A DNA stretch of 64,000 nt, from positions 10,137-74,136 of the forward strand of contig JBNJFB010000004.1 in assembly GCA_051746405.1 (NCBI GenBank). Reading direction: 5' to 3'. The notes under the pieces were generated by a model that did no database searches, was not told the DNA's origin, and worked only from the letters and a program-made list of their open reading frames with translations. Origin of the DNA: Campylobacterota bacterium. Lineage in GTDB: Bacteria > Campylobacterota > Campylobacteria > Campylobacterales > Arcobacteraceae. The position numbers and the translations under genes are program-made. Positions 28,608 through 39,722 of this stretch are shown here, one piece after another. The first letter of the stretch is position 1; every line of letters begins with the position of its first letter.

Positions 28608-28695
28608 TGGCTGAGAGGAAGGGATTTGAACCCTCGGTAGATTGCTCTACACAGACGTTCCAGGTCTGCACCTTCGACCACTCGGACACCTCTCA
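28608..28695 (-). tRNA. tRNA-Ser (GGA)
   Basis: Cloverleaf on the minus strand: acceptor UGAGAGG/CCUCUCA, anticodon arm CAGAC-CUGGAAC-GUCUG, long variable arm, GGUUCAAAUCC, encoded CCA. Confidence 0.97.
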
Positions 28696-28812
28696 AATTG
28701 TAAGCTGGAATTATATTCTATTTTAAATAAACAAGAGCTTATTTTTTGCGATAGTGTTATGTTAAAAAAGATGAAAGCATAAAAGCTTCACCTTTTTTAA
28801 AGAGAGTTGTTA

Positions 28813-29199
28813 CTACTCTTCAACAGATACAGTAACAGGAGTTGATTCCCAAATACCATGTTTAGTACAGTAACCGTGAGCTACTAAGTTTAATTTTTTA
28901 CCAGTTGGAATAATTGTAAATGTAGTAGTATTATGTGCTTTTACATTTCCTAATGTTCCTGGAACATATGAAGCTTTTGCTAATAGTGTTTCACCATTAA
29001 ATAGTGATACAGACTCAATATAGTGATCAAAATCATCTGGATGAGAGTATTCATTTCCCATTTTAACAGTTACTTCAAAAGGTTCACCTTTTTTAGCAGT
29101 TTCATCACAGTGGATAAACGGTGAGTGTCTATCTATTAAATCTTTTTTTGCTTCTCTTTCAACAGTATCGATATCAACGTATTTATTAATCTTTGGCAT
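28813..29199 (-). CDS. superoxide reductase-like (class II SORL / desulfoferrodoxin) protein
   Basis: RHSP, HPDDFDHYI, YCTKHGIWE iron ligands. Confidence 0.88.
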   Translation of the reverse strand: MPKINKYVDIDTVEREAKKDLIDRHSPFIHCDETAKKGEPFEVTVKMGNEYSHPDDFDHYIESVSLFNGETLLAKASYVPGTLGNVKAHNTTTFTIIPTGKKLNLVAHGYCTKHGIWESTPVTVSVEE

Positions 29200-29346
29200 T
29201 ATTTTCTCCTAATAATTTAAATTGTGATTACTATTATACTATATTTTTCTTAAAAGTAAATAGGATAAATAATATCCTATTTAAAAAGTTTCCAATTTGT
29301 AACAAAAAGTAGAACTATTTTGTACTATTTTGCTATAATTTTTATC

Positions 29347-30168
29347 ATGAATAAGGAAGAGTATTTTATAAAACAGTTTAGTAAAAGTAAGTATATAGGT
29401 GATGATGGTGCATTTATTAATAACTATTGTTATAGTATGGATGCTTTTTTTGAAGATATTCATTTCAAAAAAGAGTGGATGAGTTTAAAACAAATATCAT
29501 ATAAAGCTATGATTGTAAATATTTCAGATGCAGTTGTAATGAATGCAATTCCTAAGTATGCTCTTCTTAGTGTTGCTATTCCAAATAGTTATAATGAAAA
29601 TGATTTAAAACTTTTAGCAAAAGGTTTTAAAAAAGCAGCAAAACAGTATGATATTGAGATAATTGGAGGGGATACAGTATCTTGTGAAAAGCTAAATATC
29701 TCAATAACTATTATTTCAAAAACAAAAAAGCCTATTTATAGAAAAGATGCTAAAATTAATGATTTGGTATGTTTTACGGGTGATTTAGGTAGCTGTAAAA
29801 GAGACCTGAATAGACTTTTTGAAAATAGAAAGATTAATAAAAACTCAAAATTTATCAAACCAAAACTTAAAGCAGATTTTTTTTATGAGATTTCAAAATA
29901 TATAAATAGTGCTTTAGATATCTCTGATGGCTTAGCCTTTGAATTACAAAGAGTATCAAAAGCTAGCAAAGTTGGTTTTGAATTTTTTTATGATATTTCA
30001 AAAGATAGTTTAACTTCAGGTGAAGAGTATGAAATACTTTTTACCTTTGATGAAAAAAATCGAAAAAAAATCGAAAAAATAGCAAAAAAACATAATGTAA
30101 AATTAAATATATTTGCAAAAGCAATAGAAGGCAAATATGAAACAAAAGAGAAAAACCACCATTTTTAA
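29347..30168 (+). CDS. thiL: thiamine-monophosphate kinase
   Basis: IGDDGA, EDIHF, NISD, IIGGDT, DISDGL, GEEYEILF. Confidence 0.92.
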   Translation: MNKEEYFIKQFSKSKYIGDDGAFINNYCYSMDAFFEDIHFKKEWMSLKQISYKAMIVNISDAVVMNAIPKYALLSVAIPNSYNENDLKLLAKGFKKAAKQYDIEIIGGDTVSCEKLNISITIISKTKKPIYRKDAKINDLVCFTGDLGSCKRDLNRLFENRKINKNSKFIKPKLKADFFYEISKYINSALDISDGLAFELQRVSKASKVGFEFFYDISKDSLTSGEEYEILFTFDEKNRKKIEKIAKKHNVKLNIFAKAIEGKYETKEKNHHF

Positions 30169-30183
30169 ATTAAGGAAAAATAA

Positions 30184-31248
30184 TTGGCACAATTACAAAG
30201 ATATTTAACACACTCAAAAATAGATGTATATTTTAAACAAAATAAAGATGATTTTGTAGTTACAGAGGTCCCTTTATATAAGTTTACAGGTGAAGGGGAG
30301 CATCTTATTTTGAAAATAAGAAAAAAAGATATGACAACATGGGATGCAGTAAATGAAATAGCAAGACATGTTGGATGCAGAAGTAGAGATATAGGATATG
30401 CAGGATTAAAAGATAAAAATGCAATGACCATACAGTCTATCTCTTTGTTTAAAAAGTATGAAGAGAAATTAGATGATTTTAATCACCCAAACATTAAGAT
30501 TCTAGAAAAAAACTATCATAACAACAAGATAAAAATAGGGCATTTAAAAGGCAATAAGTTTTTTATTCGATTAAAAAGAGTAAATTTAGTAGATTCAAAA
30601 AAAATTGAACAGGTTTTACAATCTATTGTAAATCATGGAATGCCAAACTATTATGGATTTCAACGATTTGGAGTTGAACATAAAAACTATGAAAAAGGTA
30701 AGTTAATAGTTGAGGGCAAACTAAAAGAGAAAAGAAGAAACTTAAAGCAGATGTATATAAACTCATATCAAAGTTATCAGTTTAACCTTTGGCTATCTAA
30801 AAGAATTGAGATATCAAGGCTAGTTGATGCATTTGAACCCAAAGAGATTTATAAAAAAATAAACTTGCCACTTGAAGAAGTTAAAAATATGAAAAAACAA
30901 GAACATCCTTTTAAATTAATTACAGGTGATATTTTAAATCATTATCCTTTTGGGAAAGCTTTTGTTATAGAAGAAACAAAAGAAGAAGCCAGTAAGTTTT
31001 TAAAGGCAGATAGAGTTCCCACAGGATTAATTGCAGGAAAAAGAGTAAGTAGAAGTGAAAATTTAGCTTATGAAATAGAAAAAGAGTTTGATATAGATAC
31101 AAATGAAAGTGGCTCTAGAAGATTTGCATGGGTTTATCCAAATGATATCCAAAGCGATTACAAAGAAGAGAAAAACTGGATGGAGTTATCTTTTTATTTA
31201 CCAAAAGGTTCATATGCAACAGAGTTTATTGAAGAGGTAATACACTAA
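30184..31248 (+). CDS. truD: tRNA pseudouridine-13 synthase
   Basis: GYAGLKDK.A.T.Q, GNKF.I, PNYYG.QRFG, LPKGSYAT. Confidence 0.95.
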   Translation: MAQLQRYLTHSKIDVYFKQNKDDFVVTEVPLYKFTGEGEHLILKIRKKDMTTWDAVNEIARHVGCRSRDIGYAGLKDKNAMTIQSISLFKKYEEKLDDFNHPNIKILEKNYHNNKIKIGHLKGNKFFIRLKRVNLVDSKKIEQVLQSIVNHGMPNYYGFQRFGVEHKNYEKGKLIVEGKLKEKRRNLKQMYINSYQSYQFNLWLSKRIEISRLVDAFEPKEIYKKINLPLEEVKNMKKQEHPFKLITGDILNHYPFGKAFVIEETKEEASKFLKADRVPTGLIAGKRVSRSENLAYEIEKEFDIDTNESGSRRFAWVYPNDIQSDYKEEKNWMELSFYLPKGSYATEFIEEVIH

Positions 31249-31325
31249 GATAGTTATAATAAGTTATAAGCTAATTAAGTAAAAATAAGTTACACTTATT
31301 TAGCTACAAAAAAAGGAAAGATAGA

Positions 31326-31676
31326 ATGAAATATGAAGAGTTGATTCATGAGTTATGTGATGTAATTAAGCAATCAGAAAATAACGCTGCAAAAATCTAT
31401 GAAAATCTTGAAAATATTGATAATGTAACTTCTTCTTTAAAGTTAATGGAGTATGAAAAAGAGAAAATACAACATCAAGTATCAGATGCAATGGGTAAGT
31501 TGCAACATCAAGATTTATATAGACAAAGAATTGAAAAAGTTGTAAATTTTGTTTGTGAAAAAAATGATATAGATAAAAGTCAATATAATTTAGCTTGCAG
31601 TGCAAAAAGTATTGATAGTGATGATAACTTAAGTGAAGAAGAGTTAGAGCAGTTAATAAAAGAGATGCAACCTTAA
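31326..31676 (+). CDS. small CheZ-like protein
   Basis: LQHQDLYRQRIEKV (D/Q phosphatase motif) and C-terminal amphipathic LSEEELEQLI. Confidence 0.6.
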   Translation: MKYEELIHELCDVIKQSENNAAKIYENLENIDNVTSSLKLMEYEKEKIQHQVSDAMGKLQHQDLYRQRIEKVVNFVCEKNDIDKSQYNLACSAKSIDSDDNLSEEELEQLIKEMQP

Positions 31677-31705
31677 AGAATAAAAGAGATTTAATCTTTT
31701 ATTCT
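31677..31705. terminator. hairpin between convergent genes
   Basis: AGAATAAAAGA-7 nt-TCTTTTATTCT. Confidence 0.55.
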
Positions 31706-31717
31706 ACAGGTTTATTG

Positions 31718-33907
31718 CTATTTTTTACACGCATCTTCTTTTAGTTGATTTAGACTATTGAAAACTTTAAATGTAGTTACTTCCACATCTTTTGCTTTTT
31801 TATTTAATGTATCATTATTCTCTTTGTTAGCATTTGAATCAACTAGTGATTGAAGATTACTTCTAAATTGATTTGTTAAGTTATTAAGCTCTTTCATTGT
31901 ATTTGGGTTTAGCTTCTTACCTGAATTTTCATGCTTACTATACCACTGTTTTACAGTCTCTTCATCTTCAATATGCCACTTTCTAAATGTTCCTAGTTTT
32001 GAGTATGTTTCATCTTTTCTATTTAAAAGATTAACTTTTAGCTGTGCTGTATCATAAACTAAATCCACATCACAAACTTTATTTAAAGACTCTTCTAAAA
32101 ATGATGCTCTTGATGCAGCTGTTACTAATGAGTTTGACATTGTTTCAATTTTTTTGGACATACTTGAAATTTCATTTGCTACTTGTGCATTTTTCTGTGT
32201 AGCTTGATCTAAAGTGTTTACAGCATCATTTATTTGAATAATTCCTTTTTCTTGTTCTTTTGAAGCAGTTGAAACCTCTTCAATAGTAACTGTTGTATCT
32301 GAAATGTTATTATTTAACTCTTTATAGCCCTCAATCATATCTCCTGATATCTTCTTACCTTGGGTTGTTTTTGTAGTTGCATCTTCTACTAGGTTTTTTA
32401 TATCCTTAGCAGCTTCTGCACTTCTATTTGCTAGGTTTCTAACCTCTTGTGCTACTACTGCAAAACCTTTTCCTGCTTCACCAGCTGTTGAAGCTTCAAC
32501 GGCTGCATTTAAAGATAAGATATTTGTTTGAAATGCAATTTGATCAATAACTTCAATAGCTTCATTAATTGATTTAACTTTTTGGTTTATTTCATCCATA
32601 GAACTTGCAGTTTGATTAGCTAATGTTTCACCCTTTTTAGCTGAACTAGTAACATTGTGAGCTAGCTTAGACATTCTCATACTTGCTTGTGTATTTGATT
32701 GAATATTTGCTGTAATTTGCTCTAATGCTGCAGCTGTTTCTTCTAATGAAGAGGCTTGACTATTTGATGAGTCTGAAAGGTTTTTTGATGCTTCTGATAA
32801 GGTTTTTGTATTTTCGTTTAATGAATTTCCAGTATTCATAATCATCGCTAGAATTTCTGATGTATTATTTCCTACAAGTTTTATACCTGAGGTTAAAGAG
32901 CCTAAATCTCCATAAATTCCATCATCATCAATTTTATAGTCATATTTTGATTCAGAATATTTTTTTAGTGTATCATTTATTTTATCTAAGGTCTCTTTTG
33001 TATGTCTAATCATCTCATTTAATTGATTTTTTAAATTTTCAACATGTGGGTTTGCTGCATTGTTTTGAACTTGATATACAAAGAATCCACTTGCAGTTTT
33101 TTCTAAAACATCATTAGCTTCTTCAATAACAATTTCATCTTTTTTAAGTCCTGCTCTAACTTTATTCATGTATTCATTAAATAAGTCTGCGACTTCTCCA
33201 ATCTCATCTTTTGATTGTACATTTAGGCTTATTGTTGGATCATTCGATTCAAGAAGATTTTTAAATCCTGTTTTTAAATCACCAATTGCATTTGTAGCTC
33301 TTTTTACAATGAAAAAGACAAATCCAATAGTTATCCATCCTGCAATTGTAGCAACTACCAAAATATGTACCATTAAGTCCCATATCTCTTTATCTGCTTC
33401 ATCTAAAGAGAAAGTAAGGTCCATAACACCAATTACATCACCTTCTTGTTGATTGGCATGACACATAAGACACTCTTGTTCTGCTACCATTGGTTTAATC
33501 ATTCTTAAACTATGTCCTGTTTTTTCATTTTCTGTTTCTAAAAGCAATGGTTCTTTATTATCAAAAACTTTTAAGATATTTGGGTCAGTTGTAAATTTAG
33601 AATCAGAAGGATAAAGCTCCATGAGCTCTTTACTTTTAGCAACTGTTAGATTTCTTACACCTTTAATATCTCTTGCATCATCTTCAGCTTGTTGTATAGT
33701 AGCTGGGTCACCTGTGTTCATAGCATTTCTAAGACTTTGGAACATCGCTGCATTTAACATCTCTAAGTTTTCTTTAGTATTTTCAATAGTATTTCGACTA
33801 ACTTCTTTTGTACTAAAGAAAACTATTGTCAATGTACTAACTGTAAGTAAAACCAATAAAGAAAATATGATTTTATTACTAATTTTTTTGGTTATTATTT
33901 CAAACAT
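31718..33907 (-). CDS. methyl-accepting chemotaxis protein with a periplasmic c-type heme motif
   Basis: Two TMs, CLMCH, HAMP (DEIGEVA), [35 protein letters not shown]. Confidence 0.95.
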   Translation of the reverse strand: MFEIITKKISNKIIFSLLVLLTVSTLTIVFFSTKEVSRNTIENTKENLEMLNAAMFQSLRNAMNTGDPATIQQAEDDARDIKGVRNLTVAKSKELMELYPSDSKFTTDPNILKVFDNKEPLLLETENEKTGHSLRMIKPMVAEQECLMCHANQQEGDVIGVMDLTFSLDEADKEIWDLMVHILVVATIAGWITIGFVFFIVKRATNAIGDLKTGFKNLLESNDPTISLNVQSKDEIGEVADLFNEYMNKVRAGLKKDEIVIEEANDVLEKTASGFFVYQVQNNAANPHVENLKNQLNEMIRHTKETLDKINDTLKKYSESKYDYKIDDDGIYGDLGSLTSGIKLVGNNTSEILAMIMNTGNSLNENTKTLSEASKNLSDSSNSQASSLEETAAALEQITANIQSNTQASMRMSKLAHNVTSSAKKGETLANQTASSMDEINQKVKSINEAIEVIDQIAFQTNILSLNAAVEASTAGEAGKGFAVVAQEVRNLANRSAEAAKDIKNLVEDATTKTTQGKKISGDMIEGYKELNNNISDTTVTIEEVSTASKEQEKGIIQINDAVNTLDQATQKNAQVANEISSMSKKIETMSNSLVTAASRASFLEESLNKVCDVDLVYDTAQLKVNLLNRKDETYSKLGTFRKWHIEDEETVKQWYSKHENSGKKLNPNTMKELNNLTNQFRSNLQSLVDSNANKENNDTLNKKAKDVEVTTFKVFNSLNQLKEDACKK

Positions 33908-34001
33908 ACGCTAACCTTTAAGTTTAAGTCAAATTATTATATACTTAACTCTATTTAATATATATTAAATACAACAATATTTTAATAAAAGAGTATAAAA
34001 A

Positions 34002-34571
34002 ATGATAGTAGGTTTAGAGGGTAAAATAACTAAAAAAGAGCCCACATTATTAAATATAAATGTAAATGGCTTAATATATGAAGTATTTATTTCACTTAAT
34101 TGTAGTTCAAAGATTACAAGTGATGATATTAAACTTCTAATTACTCATATAATAAGAGAAGAATCCCAGACATTATATGGCTTTTTAGATATAAATGAGA
34201 AAAAACTTTTTGATACTGTAATAAAGATAAATGGTGTAGGACCAAAGGTGGCATTAGCTATATGTTCTACCTTTACACCTAACTCTTTTGCTAAAATTGT
34301 TTCAGATAATGATGTTTCTATGCTAAAGCGAGTTCCAGGAATTGGACCAAAGGGTGCAAGTAGGATATTAGTAGAGCTTTCTGGATTTATTGTTGATGAT
34401 TCACATGGTGATGATGATAATCAATCATTGGCAAATGCTAGTTTAGAAGCCTCTTTAGCTCTTGAATCTTTAGGATTTAAAAAAGATATGGTTTCAAAAA
34501 TAATAAAAAAATGTGCAAGTACAAATACAAGTGATTTAGTAAAAGAAGCACTAAGAATGTTACAAAAATAG
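34002..34571 (+). CDS. ruvA: Holliday junction branch migration protein RuvA
   Basis: IREE..LYGF, GVGPK.AL, PGIG.K.A.RI..EL, AL..LGF. Confidence 0.95.
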   Translation: MIVGLEGKITKKEPTLLNINVNGLIYEVFISLNCSSKITSDDIKLLITHIIREESQTLYGFLDINEKKLFDTVIKINGVGPKVALAICSTFTPNSFAKIVSDNDVSMLKRVPGIGPKGASRILVELSGFIVDDSHGDDDNQSLANASLEASLALESLGFKKDMVSKIIKKCASTNTSDLVKEALRMLQK

Positions 34572-34586
34572 ACTTAAAGGAATTTA

Positions 34587-35627
34587 ATGAAAATAGCAAT
34601 AGTTTTTGGTGGTATAAGTTATGAGCATGAGATTTCAATTGTAAGTTCAATAGCTATGAAAGATGTTTTAAAAGATGAACTTATATATATTTTTTTAGAT
34701 GAAAATAGAGAGTTTTATCATATACCAACAGATATTATTAAATCAAATCTTTTTAGCAAAAAAGAGTATAAAAACTATGATAAACTTAAAATAGCAAAAA
34801 ATGGTTTTTATAAAAAAGGTGGTCTATTATCAAAAGATAAAGCCTTAGAATTTGATGTGGCTTTAACATTAATGCATGGTGGTGATGGTGAAGATGGTGT
34901 AATTGCTTCACTATTTGAATTTTATAATATTCCTTATTTAGCTCCAAGAGTTGAGGCTTGTAGTGTTAGTTCTAATAAGTTTTTAACAAAAGGTTATGCA
35001 AAAGAAGTTGGGGTTAATGTAATAGATTATGATTATTTTAGTACTAAAGATAGTGTAAAAGTAGCAAAATACCCTGTTATAATAAAACCTGTAAAACTAG
35101 GAAGTTCAATAGGTGTATCTATAGTAAAATCAGATGAGCAGTTGCAGTATGCTTTAGATGTGGCATTTGAACTTGATAGTGCAATTATTATTGAGCCTTT
35201 TGTAGCAAATATAAAAGAGTATAATTTAGCAGGTACAAAAATAGGTGATGAGTATGAGTTCTCTATTATAGAAGAGCCACAAAAAGCTGAATTTTTAGAT
35301 TTTGATAAAAAATATTTGGACTTTTCTAGAACTTCAAAGGCAAAAGAAGCACAACTAGATGAATATATGAAACAGAAAATAAAAGAGGCGTTTAAAAAGG
35401 TTTATAACAATATATTTGAAGGCTCAATTATTAGATGTGATTTTTTTGTAATTGATAATGAAGTTTATTTAAATGAAATAAACTCAATTCCTGGGTCTAT
35501 GGCGAACTATTTATTTGATGATTTTAATGATTTATTTAAGCAACTTTGTTTAAATCTTCCAAAAAGAAAACATATTCCAATAACTTATGACTATGTAAAT
35601 AAGATAGAAGCAAGTAAGGGTAAATAG
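34587..35627 (+). CDS. ddl: D-alanine--D-alanine ligase
   Basis: FGG.S.EHEISI.S, HG..GEDG, KP..LGSSIG, NEIN.IPG. Confidence 0.93.
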   Translation: MKIAIVFGGISYEHEISIVSSIAMKDVLKDELIYIFLDENREFYHIPTDIIKSNLFSKKEYKNYDKLKIAKNGFYKKGGLLSKDKALEFDVALTLMHGGDGEDGVIASLFEFYNIPYLAPRVEACSVSSNKFLTKGYAKEVGVNVIDYDYFSTKDSVKVAKYPVIIKPVKLGSSIGVSIVKSDEQLQYALDVAFELDSAIIIEPFVANIKEYNLAGTKIGDEYEFSIIEEPQKAEFLDFDKKYLDFSRTSKAKEAQLDEYMKQKIKEAFKKVYNNIFEGSIIRCDFFVIDNEVYLNEINSIPGSMANYLFDDFNDLFKQLCLNLPKRKHIPITYDYVNKIEASKGK

Positions 35628-35628
35628 T

Positions 35629-36348
35629 TTGGCATCAAAAAAGATAATTGTTGAAAATAGAAGTTTTGATATATCTTATGAGATAATAAATCCAAGTGCT
35701 AAAAAAGATTTTGTTGTTTTGCATGGTTGGGGTTCAAATAAGCAAATTATGAAAAACTCTTTTAGTCTATTTTTAAAAGATTATAGGCATATTTATATAG
35801 ACCTACCTGGTTTTGGAAATAGTACAAATAGTTATGAATTAACTACAAATGATTATTGTGAAATTATAAATAAGTTTTTACAAGAGTTGAAAAGTCCAAA
35901 AGATATTATTGCAGGTCATTCATATGGTGGAAAAGTTGCTACACTATTAAACCCTAAGAATCTAGTTTTATTAAGTAGTGCAGGCATAGTTGAAACAAAA
36001 CCCTTAAGTGTAAAATTTAAAATTGTATTAGCAAAACTTTTTAATACTTTAGGTTTAAAAGCTCTTACTAAAGCTTTTAGAAGTAGTGATGTAAATAGCA
36101 TGAGTGAACATATGTATGCAACTTTTAAAAATGTAGTAGATGAAGAGTTTTCATCAAATTTCAAAGCTTTTAAAAATAATTGCTTAATTTTTTGGGGTGA
36201 AGATGACAAGGCAACTTCTTTAACTTCAGGTAAAAAAATAGCCTCTTTAATAAACAACTCAACTTTTATATCTTATGATGGTGACCATTACTTTTTTATA
36301 AAGCATGCAAAAGAGATTTGTGAGAGAATAGAAAATGCAGTATATTGA
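35629..36348 (+). CDS. alpha/beta hydrolase
   Basis: LHGWG, DLPGFG, GHSYGG nucleophile elbow, C-terminal His. Confidence 0.9.
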   Translation: MASKKIIVENRSFDISYEIINPSAKKDFVVLHGWGSNKQIMKNSFSLFLKDYRHIYIDLPGFGNSTNSYELTTNDYCEIINKFLQELKSPKDIIAGHSYGGKVATLLNPKNLVLLSSAGIVETKPLSVKFKIVLAKLFNTLGLKALTKAFRSSDVNSMSEHMYATFKNVVDEEFSSNFKAFKNNCLIFWGEDDKATSLTSGKKIASLINNSTFISYDGDHYFFIKHAKEICERIENAVY

Positions 36349-37780
36349 ATATTTTAATATTTTTACACACATAGTATTAATTATGAGTTTAGGTTGGTAT
36401 ATGATTACTAATCTTCAATGGTATAACTACAGACTTGAAAGAGTTGTGTTTAAGCATCACAAGTGGCAGTGGCATATTACATATTTTCTTGCTCCTATAG
36501 TTTTATTCTATTTGATTCCTGAACTATATTATGGTATTTATTTTTATTTACTATATTTAGCTAGTTTTGTTTTATGGAATAAAAAACTTGATAAACCACT
36601 TGTTTTAACTTCAAGGGTTAAAAGATTTTTAACAATACTACTTTTAACAACCTTTATTGTAATAGCATTGTGCTTAGCTTCACCAAGTTGTAAAAATCAA
36701 TTTATATTTGTACCGCTACTATTAGCATATGGTATTTCAATGATACTTGAAAAGATATTTTTTATATCTTTTAAAAATAAAGCAAAACAGAAATATGAAA
36801 ATATTAGAGGTTTACAAACTATTGCTATTACAGCATCTTTTGGTAAAACTTCAATAAAGAATTTTTTATATCATGTATTGAAAAATAGATATAAAACCTA
36901 TAAAACACCTCGTTCTGTTAATACTATTGGTGGAATTGTTTTAGATGTAAATAATAAATTGCCAGATGATACACAGGTTTATATAGCAGAAGCAGGAGCT
37001 AGACAAAATGGTGATATTGAACAAATAGCAATGTTTTTAGAACCACAAATTTGTATTATTGGTTCAATTGGTGAAGCTCATATAGAGTATTTTAAAACTA
37101 TTGATAATATTATTCATACAAAAATGGAGTTATTAAAATCACCAAAAATGAAAATGGGATTTGTGCATGAGTCAACCCATATAAAAGATTATGATACTAT
37201 TACTAAGTTTCCTAAAGGCTTACATGTATCAAAAAGCGATTTATATGGTATCTGGTTTGATGTTGAAATAAATGGGGAGCTTGAACATTTTCATGCTCCT
37301 GTTTTAGGTGCATTTAATGCAATAAATCTTACAGCTGTTATTTTAGTTGCTTATTATATGGGAATGAGTGTAGATGAAATTAAAATGGCATTAAAAGATT
37401 TACCACAAGTACAGCATAGACTACAAAAGATTGAAGCAAATGGAAAAATTATAATAGATGATTCATTTAATGGAAATCTTGAGGGAATGTTAGAGGGGAT
37501 TAATATCTGTGCATCACATAATGGTAGAAAAGTTATTGTAACTCCTGGATTAGTTGAATCAACTGATGAGTCTAACATGCTTTTAGCTAGTGCTATAAAT
37601 GAGAAGTTTGATTTAGCAATAATTACAGGGGATTTAAACTCACAACTGTTAAGCTCAAATATTGATGAGGGAAAAGTTTTTGTATTAAAAGATAAATCAA
37701 AGATGCAAGAAACATTGGCTCAAAAGACTAATTCAGGTGATTTGATACTTTTTGCAAATGATGCACCTAACTTTATATAA
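36335..37780 (+). CDS. murF: Mur ligase (MurF-like) with N-terminal membrane segments
   Basis: ITASFGKTS, SVNT..G, EAGA, IIDDSFNGN; in an operon with ddl. Confidence 0.8.
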   Translation: MQYIEYFNIFTHIVLIMSLGWYMITNLQWYNYRLERVVFKHHKWQWHITYFLAPIVLFYLIPELYYGIYFYLLYLASFVLWNKKLDKPLVLTSRVKRFLTILLLTTFIVIALCLASPSCKNQFIFVPLLLAYGISMILEKIFFISFKNKAKQKYENIRGLQTIAITASFGKTSIKNFLYHVLKNRYKTYKTPRSVNTIGGIVLDVNNKLPDDTQVYIAEAGARQNGDIEQIAMFLEPQICIIGSIGEAHIEYFKTIDNIIHTKMELLKSPKMKMGFVHESTHIKDYDTITKFPKGLHVSKSDLYGIWFDVEINGELEHFHAPVLGAFNAINLTAVILVAYYMGMSVDEIKMALKDLPQVQHRLQKIEANGKIIIDDSFNGNLEGMLEGINICASHNGRKVIVTPGLVESTDESNMLLASAINEKFDLAIITGDLNSQLLSSNIDEGKVFVLKDKSKMQETLAQKTNSGDLILFANDAPNFI

Positions 37781-37789
37781 GGAATTTAT

Positions 37790-38278
37790 ATGGAACATCT
37801 ATATGCACCATGGCGATATACTTATGTAAACAAAGATAAAATAGAGGGTTGTGTCTTTTGCCATATTTCAAAAAACCTTGAAGATGAAGATTTACAGGTT
37901 CTATTTTATGATAAGTTTTGTTATGTTGTTATGAATAAATTTCCATACTCACCTGGTCATATGATGGTTATACCACATTTTCATACAGATAAAATAGAGA
38001 ATCTTGAAGATGAAGTCTGGCTACAAATGAGTATTAGAGTAAGACAGGGTGTTTCACTTTTAAAAGATATTATGCCATGTGAGGGTGTAAATATAGGAAT
38101 GAACTTAGGAAAAGCTGCGGGTGCTGGAATAAAACAGCATGTTCATTATCATATGTTACCCAGATGGCTAGGTGACACTAACTTTATAAGCTCTATTGGT
38201 GGAAATAGAGTTTATCCTGCAAATTTTGATGAGATTTTTAACAAATTAAAAAATAGTGCTTCAAACTACTTCGTATAA
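37790..38278 (+). CDS. HIT family nucleotide hydrolase
   Basis: APWR, CVFC, N.FPY.PGH, HVHYH triad. Confidence 0.92.
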   Translation: MEHLYAPWRYTYVNKDKIEGCVFCHISKNLEDEDLQVLFYDKFCYVVMNKFPYSPGHMMVIPHFHTDKIENLEDEVWLQMSIRVRQGVSLLKDIMPCEGVNIGMNLGKAAGAGIKQHVHYHMLPRWLGDTNFISSIGGNRVYPANFDEIFNKLKNSASNYFV

Positions 38279-38341
38279 AATATAAATAAATTAAATTTTA
38301 CTATAATAGTTATAGATATTAAAAATAATTAAGGATTTATT

Positions 38342-39586
38342 ATGAAAAGAGATGTAGTAATAATAGGTGGCGGTATTATAGGACTTATGAGTGCTTATTT
38401 TTTATACAAAGCAGGTAGAAAAGTTACAGTTATAGATGAAAATGATATTACAGATAGTACTTCTTTTGGGAATGCAGGTTTACTATCAGCTTTTGATAAA
38501 GCTCCATTAAGTCACCCAGGGGTTATTGGTGAAACTTTTAAAATGATGCTAAAAGGTGAATCTCCTGTAAATATTCATCCAAAGTTTGATTATAAACTTT
38601 TTAGATGGTTACTAAACTTTGCAAAAAATGCAAATGATGATAGATTAAAGAAAACAAAAACTCTTTTTGAAAAGTATGGTCAAAGAACTATTGATTTATA
38701 TAAACAGATTCAAGAAGAGAATAATCTTGATTTTGATTTTCATCATACAGGTATGCTTAACATCTTTACTGAAAACGAGAGTTATGAAAAAAAATTAAAA
38801 GAGTATAGTGTTGAAGATTTTGATAGATTTGAAGTTTTAAATAAAAATCAAATAAAAGATTATCTTCCTTGTGGAAATGATGATATAAAAGGTGTTATTC
38901 ATTTTAAAAGAAATGCCCACTTAGATCCACAAAAAGTAATGCTTGAATTAAAACACTATTTAAAAGAACAAGGTGTTGAGTTTATACTTAATGAAAAAAT
39001 TTTAGATATTGGATTTAGAAATAAGAAGGTTCAATCGGTTAGTTCTAGAAAAAATAGTTATGAAGCCAATACTTTTATCATGTCCACAGGTTATCAAACA
39101 CTTTTAGCAAATAGAAGAAAAAAAGAGTTGATGCAAACTCCTGCTAAAGGTTATAGTATTACTTTTAAAATGCCAGAACACTTAAAGCCAAAAGCTGGTT
39201 GTTTATTTAATGATCTGTTTATAGTAATGACTCCAAGAAGAGATGATGTTAGACTTACTTCAAAATTAGAGTTAGGTTCAAATGACCCAGATGTGGTACA
39301 AAAGCAAATTAAAAGTATAAAAGAGAATTTTAAAAGATATACAATTCCTTTTGAGATGGAAAACGAAAAACTATGGAGTGGCTTTAGACCATTGACTCCA
39401 AATGATAGACCACTTTTTGGAAAAGATGATGAGTTTGATAACTTGATTTATGCTATGGGACTTGGATGGCTTGGTATGACTTTTGCTCCAAGTATTGCAA
39501 AAACATTGGAAAATTTAATTACTAATGATTTGAAAAACTATCAAGACAATGATGTACTACTTTTTTCAGGATTCTACCAAGGGTAG
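38342..39586 (+). CDS. FAD-dependent oxidoreductase, D-amino acid dehydrogenase (DadA)-like
   Basis: IIGGGIIG, TSFGNAG, PAKGYS, WSGFRP.TP. Confidence 0.85.
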   Translation: MKRDVVIIGGGIIGLMSAYFLYKAGRKVTVIDENDITDSTSFGNAGLLSAFDKAPLSHPGVIGETFKMMLKGESPVNIHPKFDYKLFRWLLNFAKNANDDRLKKTKTLFEKYGQRTIDLYKQIQEENNLDFDFHHTGMLNIFTENESYEKKLKEYSVEDFDRFEVLNKNQIKDYLPCGNDDIKGVIHFKRNAHLDPQKVMLELKHYLKEQGVEFILNEKILDIGFRNKKVQSVSSRKNSYEANTFIMSTGYQTLLANRRKKELMQTPAKGYSITFKMPEHLKPKAGCLFNDLFIVMTPRRDDVRLTSKLELGSNDPDVVQKQIKSIKENFKRYTIPFEMENEKLWSGFRPLTPNDRPLFGKDDEFDNLIYAMGLGWLGMTFAPSIAKTLENLITNDLKNYQDNDVLLFSGFYQG

Positions 39587-39602
39587 AGTCTTGAATAATA
39601 AT

Positions 39603-39722
39603 CTATTTAGTTAAAAAATCTATAATTGGTATTTGTGAGTGTAAGTGTATAGCTACTAACATCATAACTAAGAATGTAGTTAATAAAAAACTCTGTTTTA
39701 TCCCCTCTTTTATTGTTTCCAT
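39603..39722 (-). CDS. unannotated 39-aa single-TM small protein
   Basis: METIKEGIKQSFLLTTFLVMMLVAIHLHSQIPIIDFLTK*, with AGGA 7 nt upstream of the ATG. Confidence 0.55.
   Translation of the reverse strand: METIKEGIKQSFLLTTFLVMMLVAIHLHSQIPIIDFLTK

Noticed and set aside
28592..28700. tRNA-Ser as the attachment site of an island carrying the tad locus
   Set aside because: No integrase in the window, and I found no duplicated tRNA 3' end upstream
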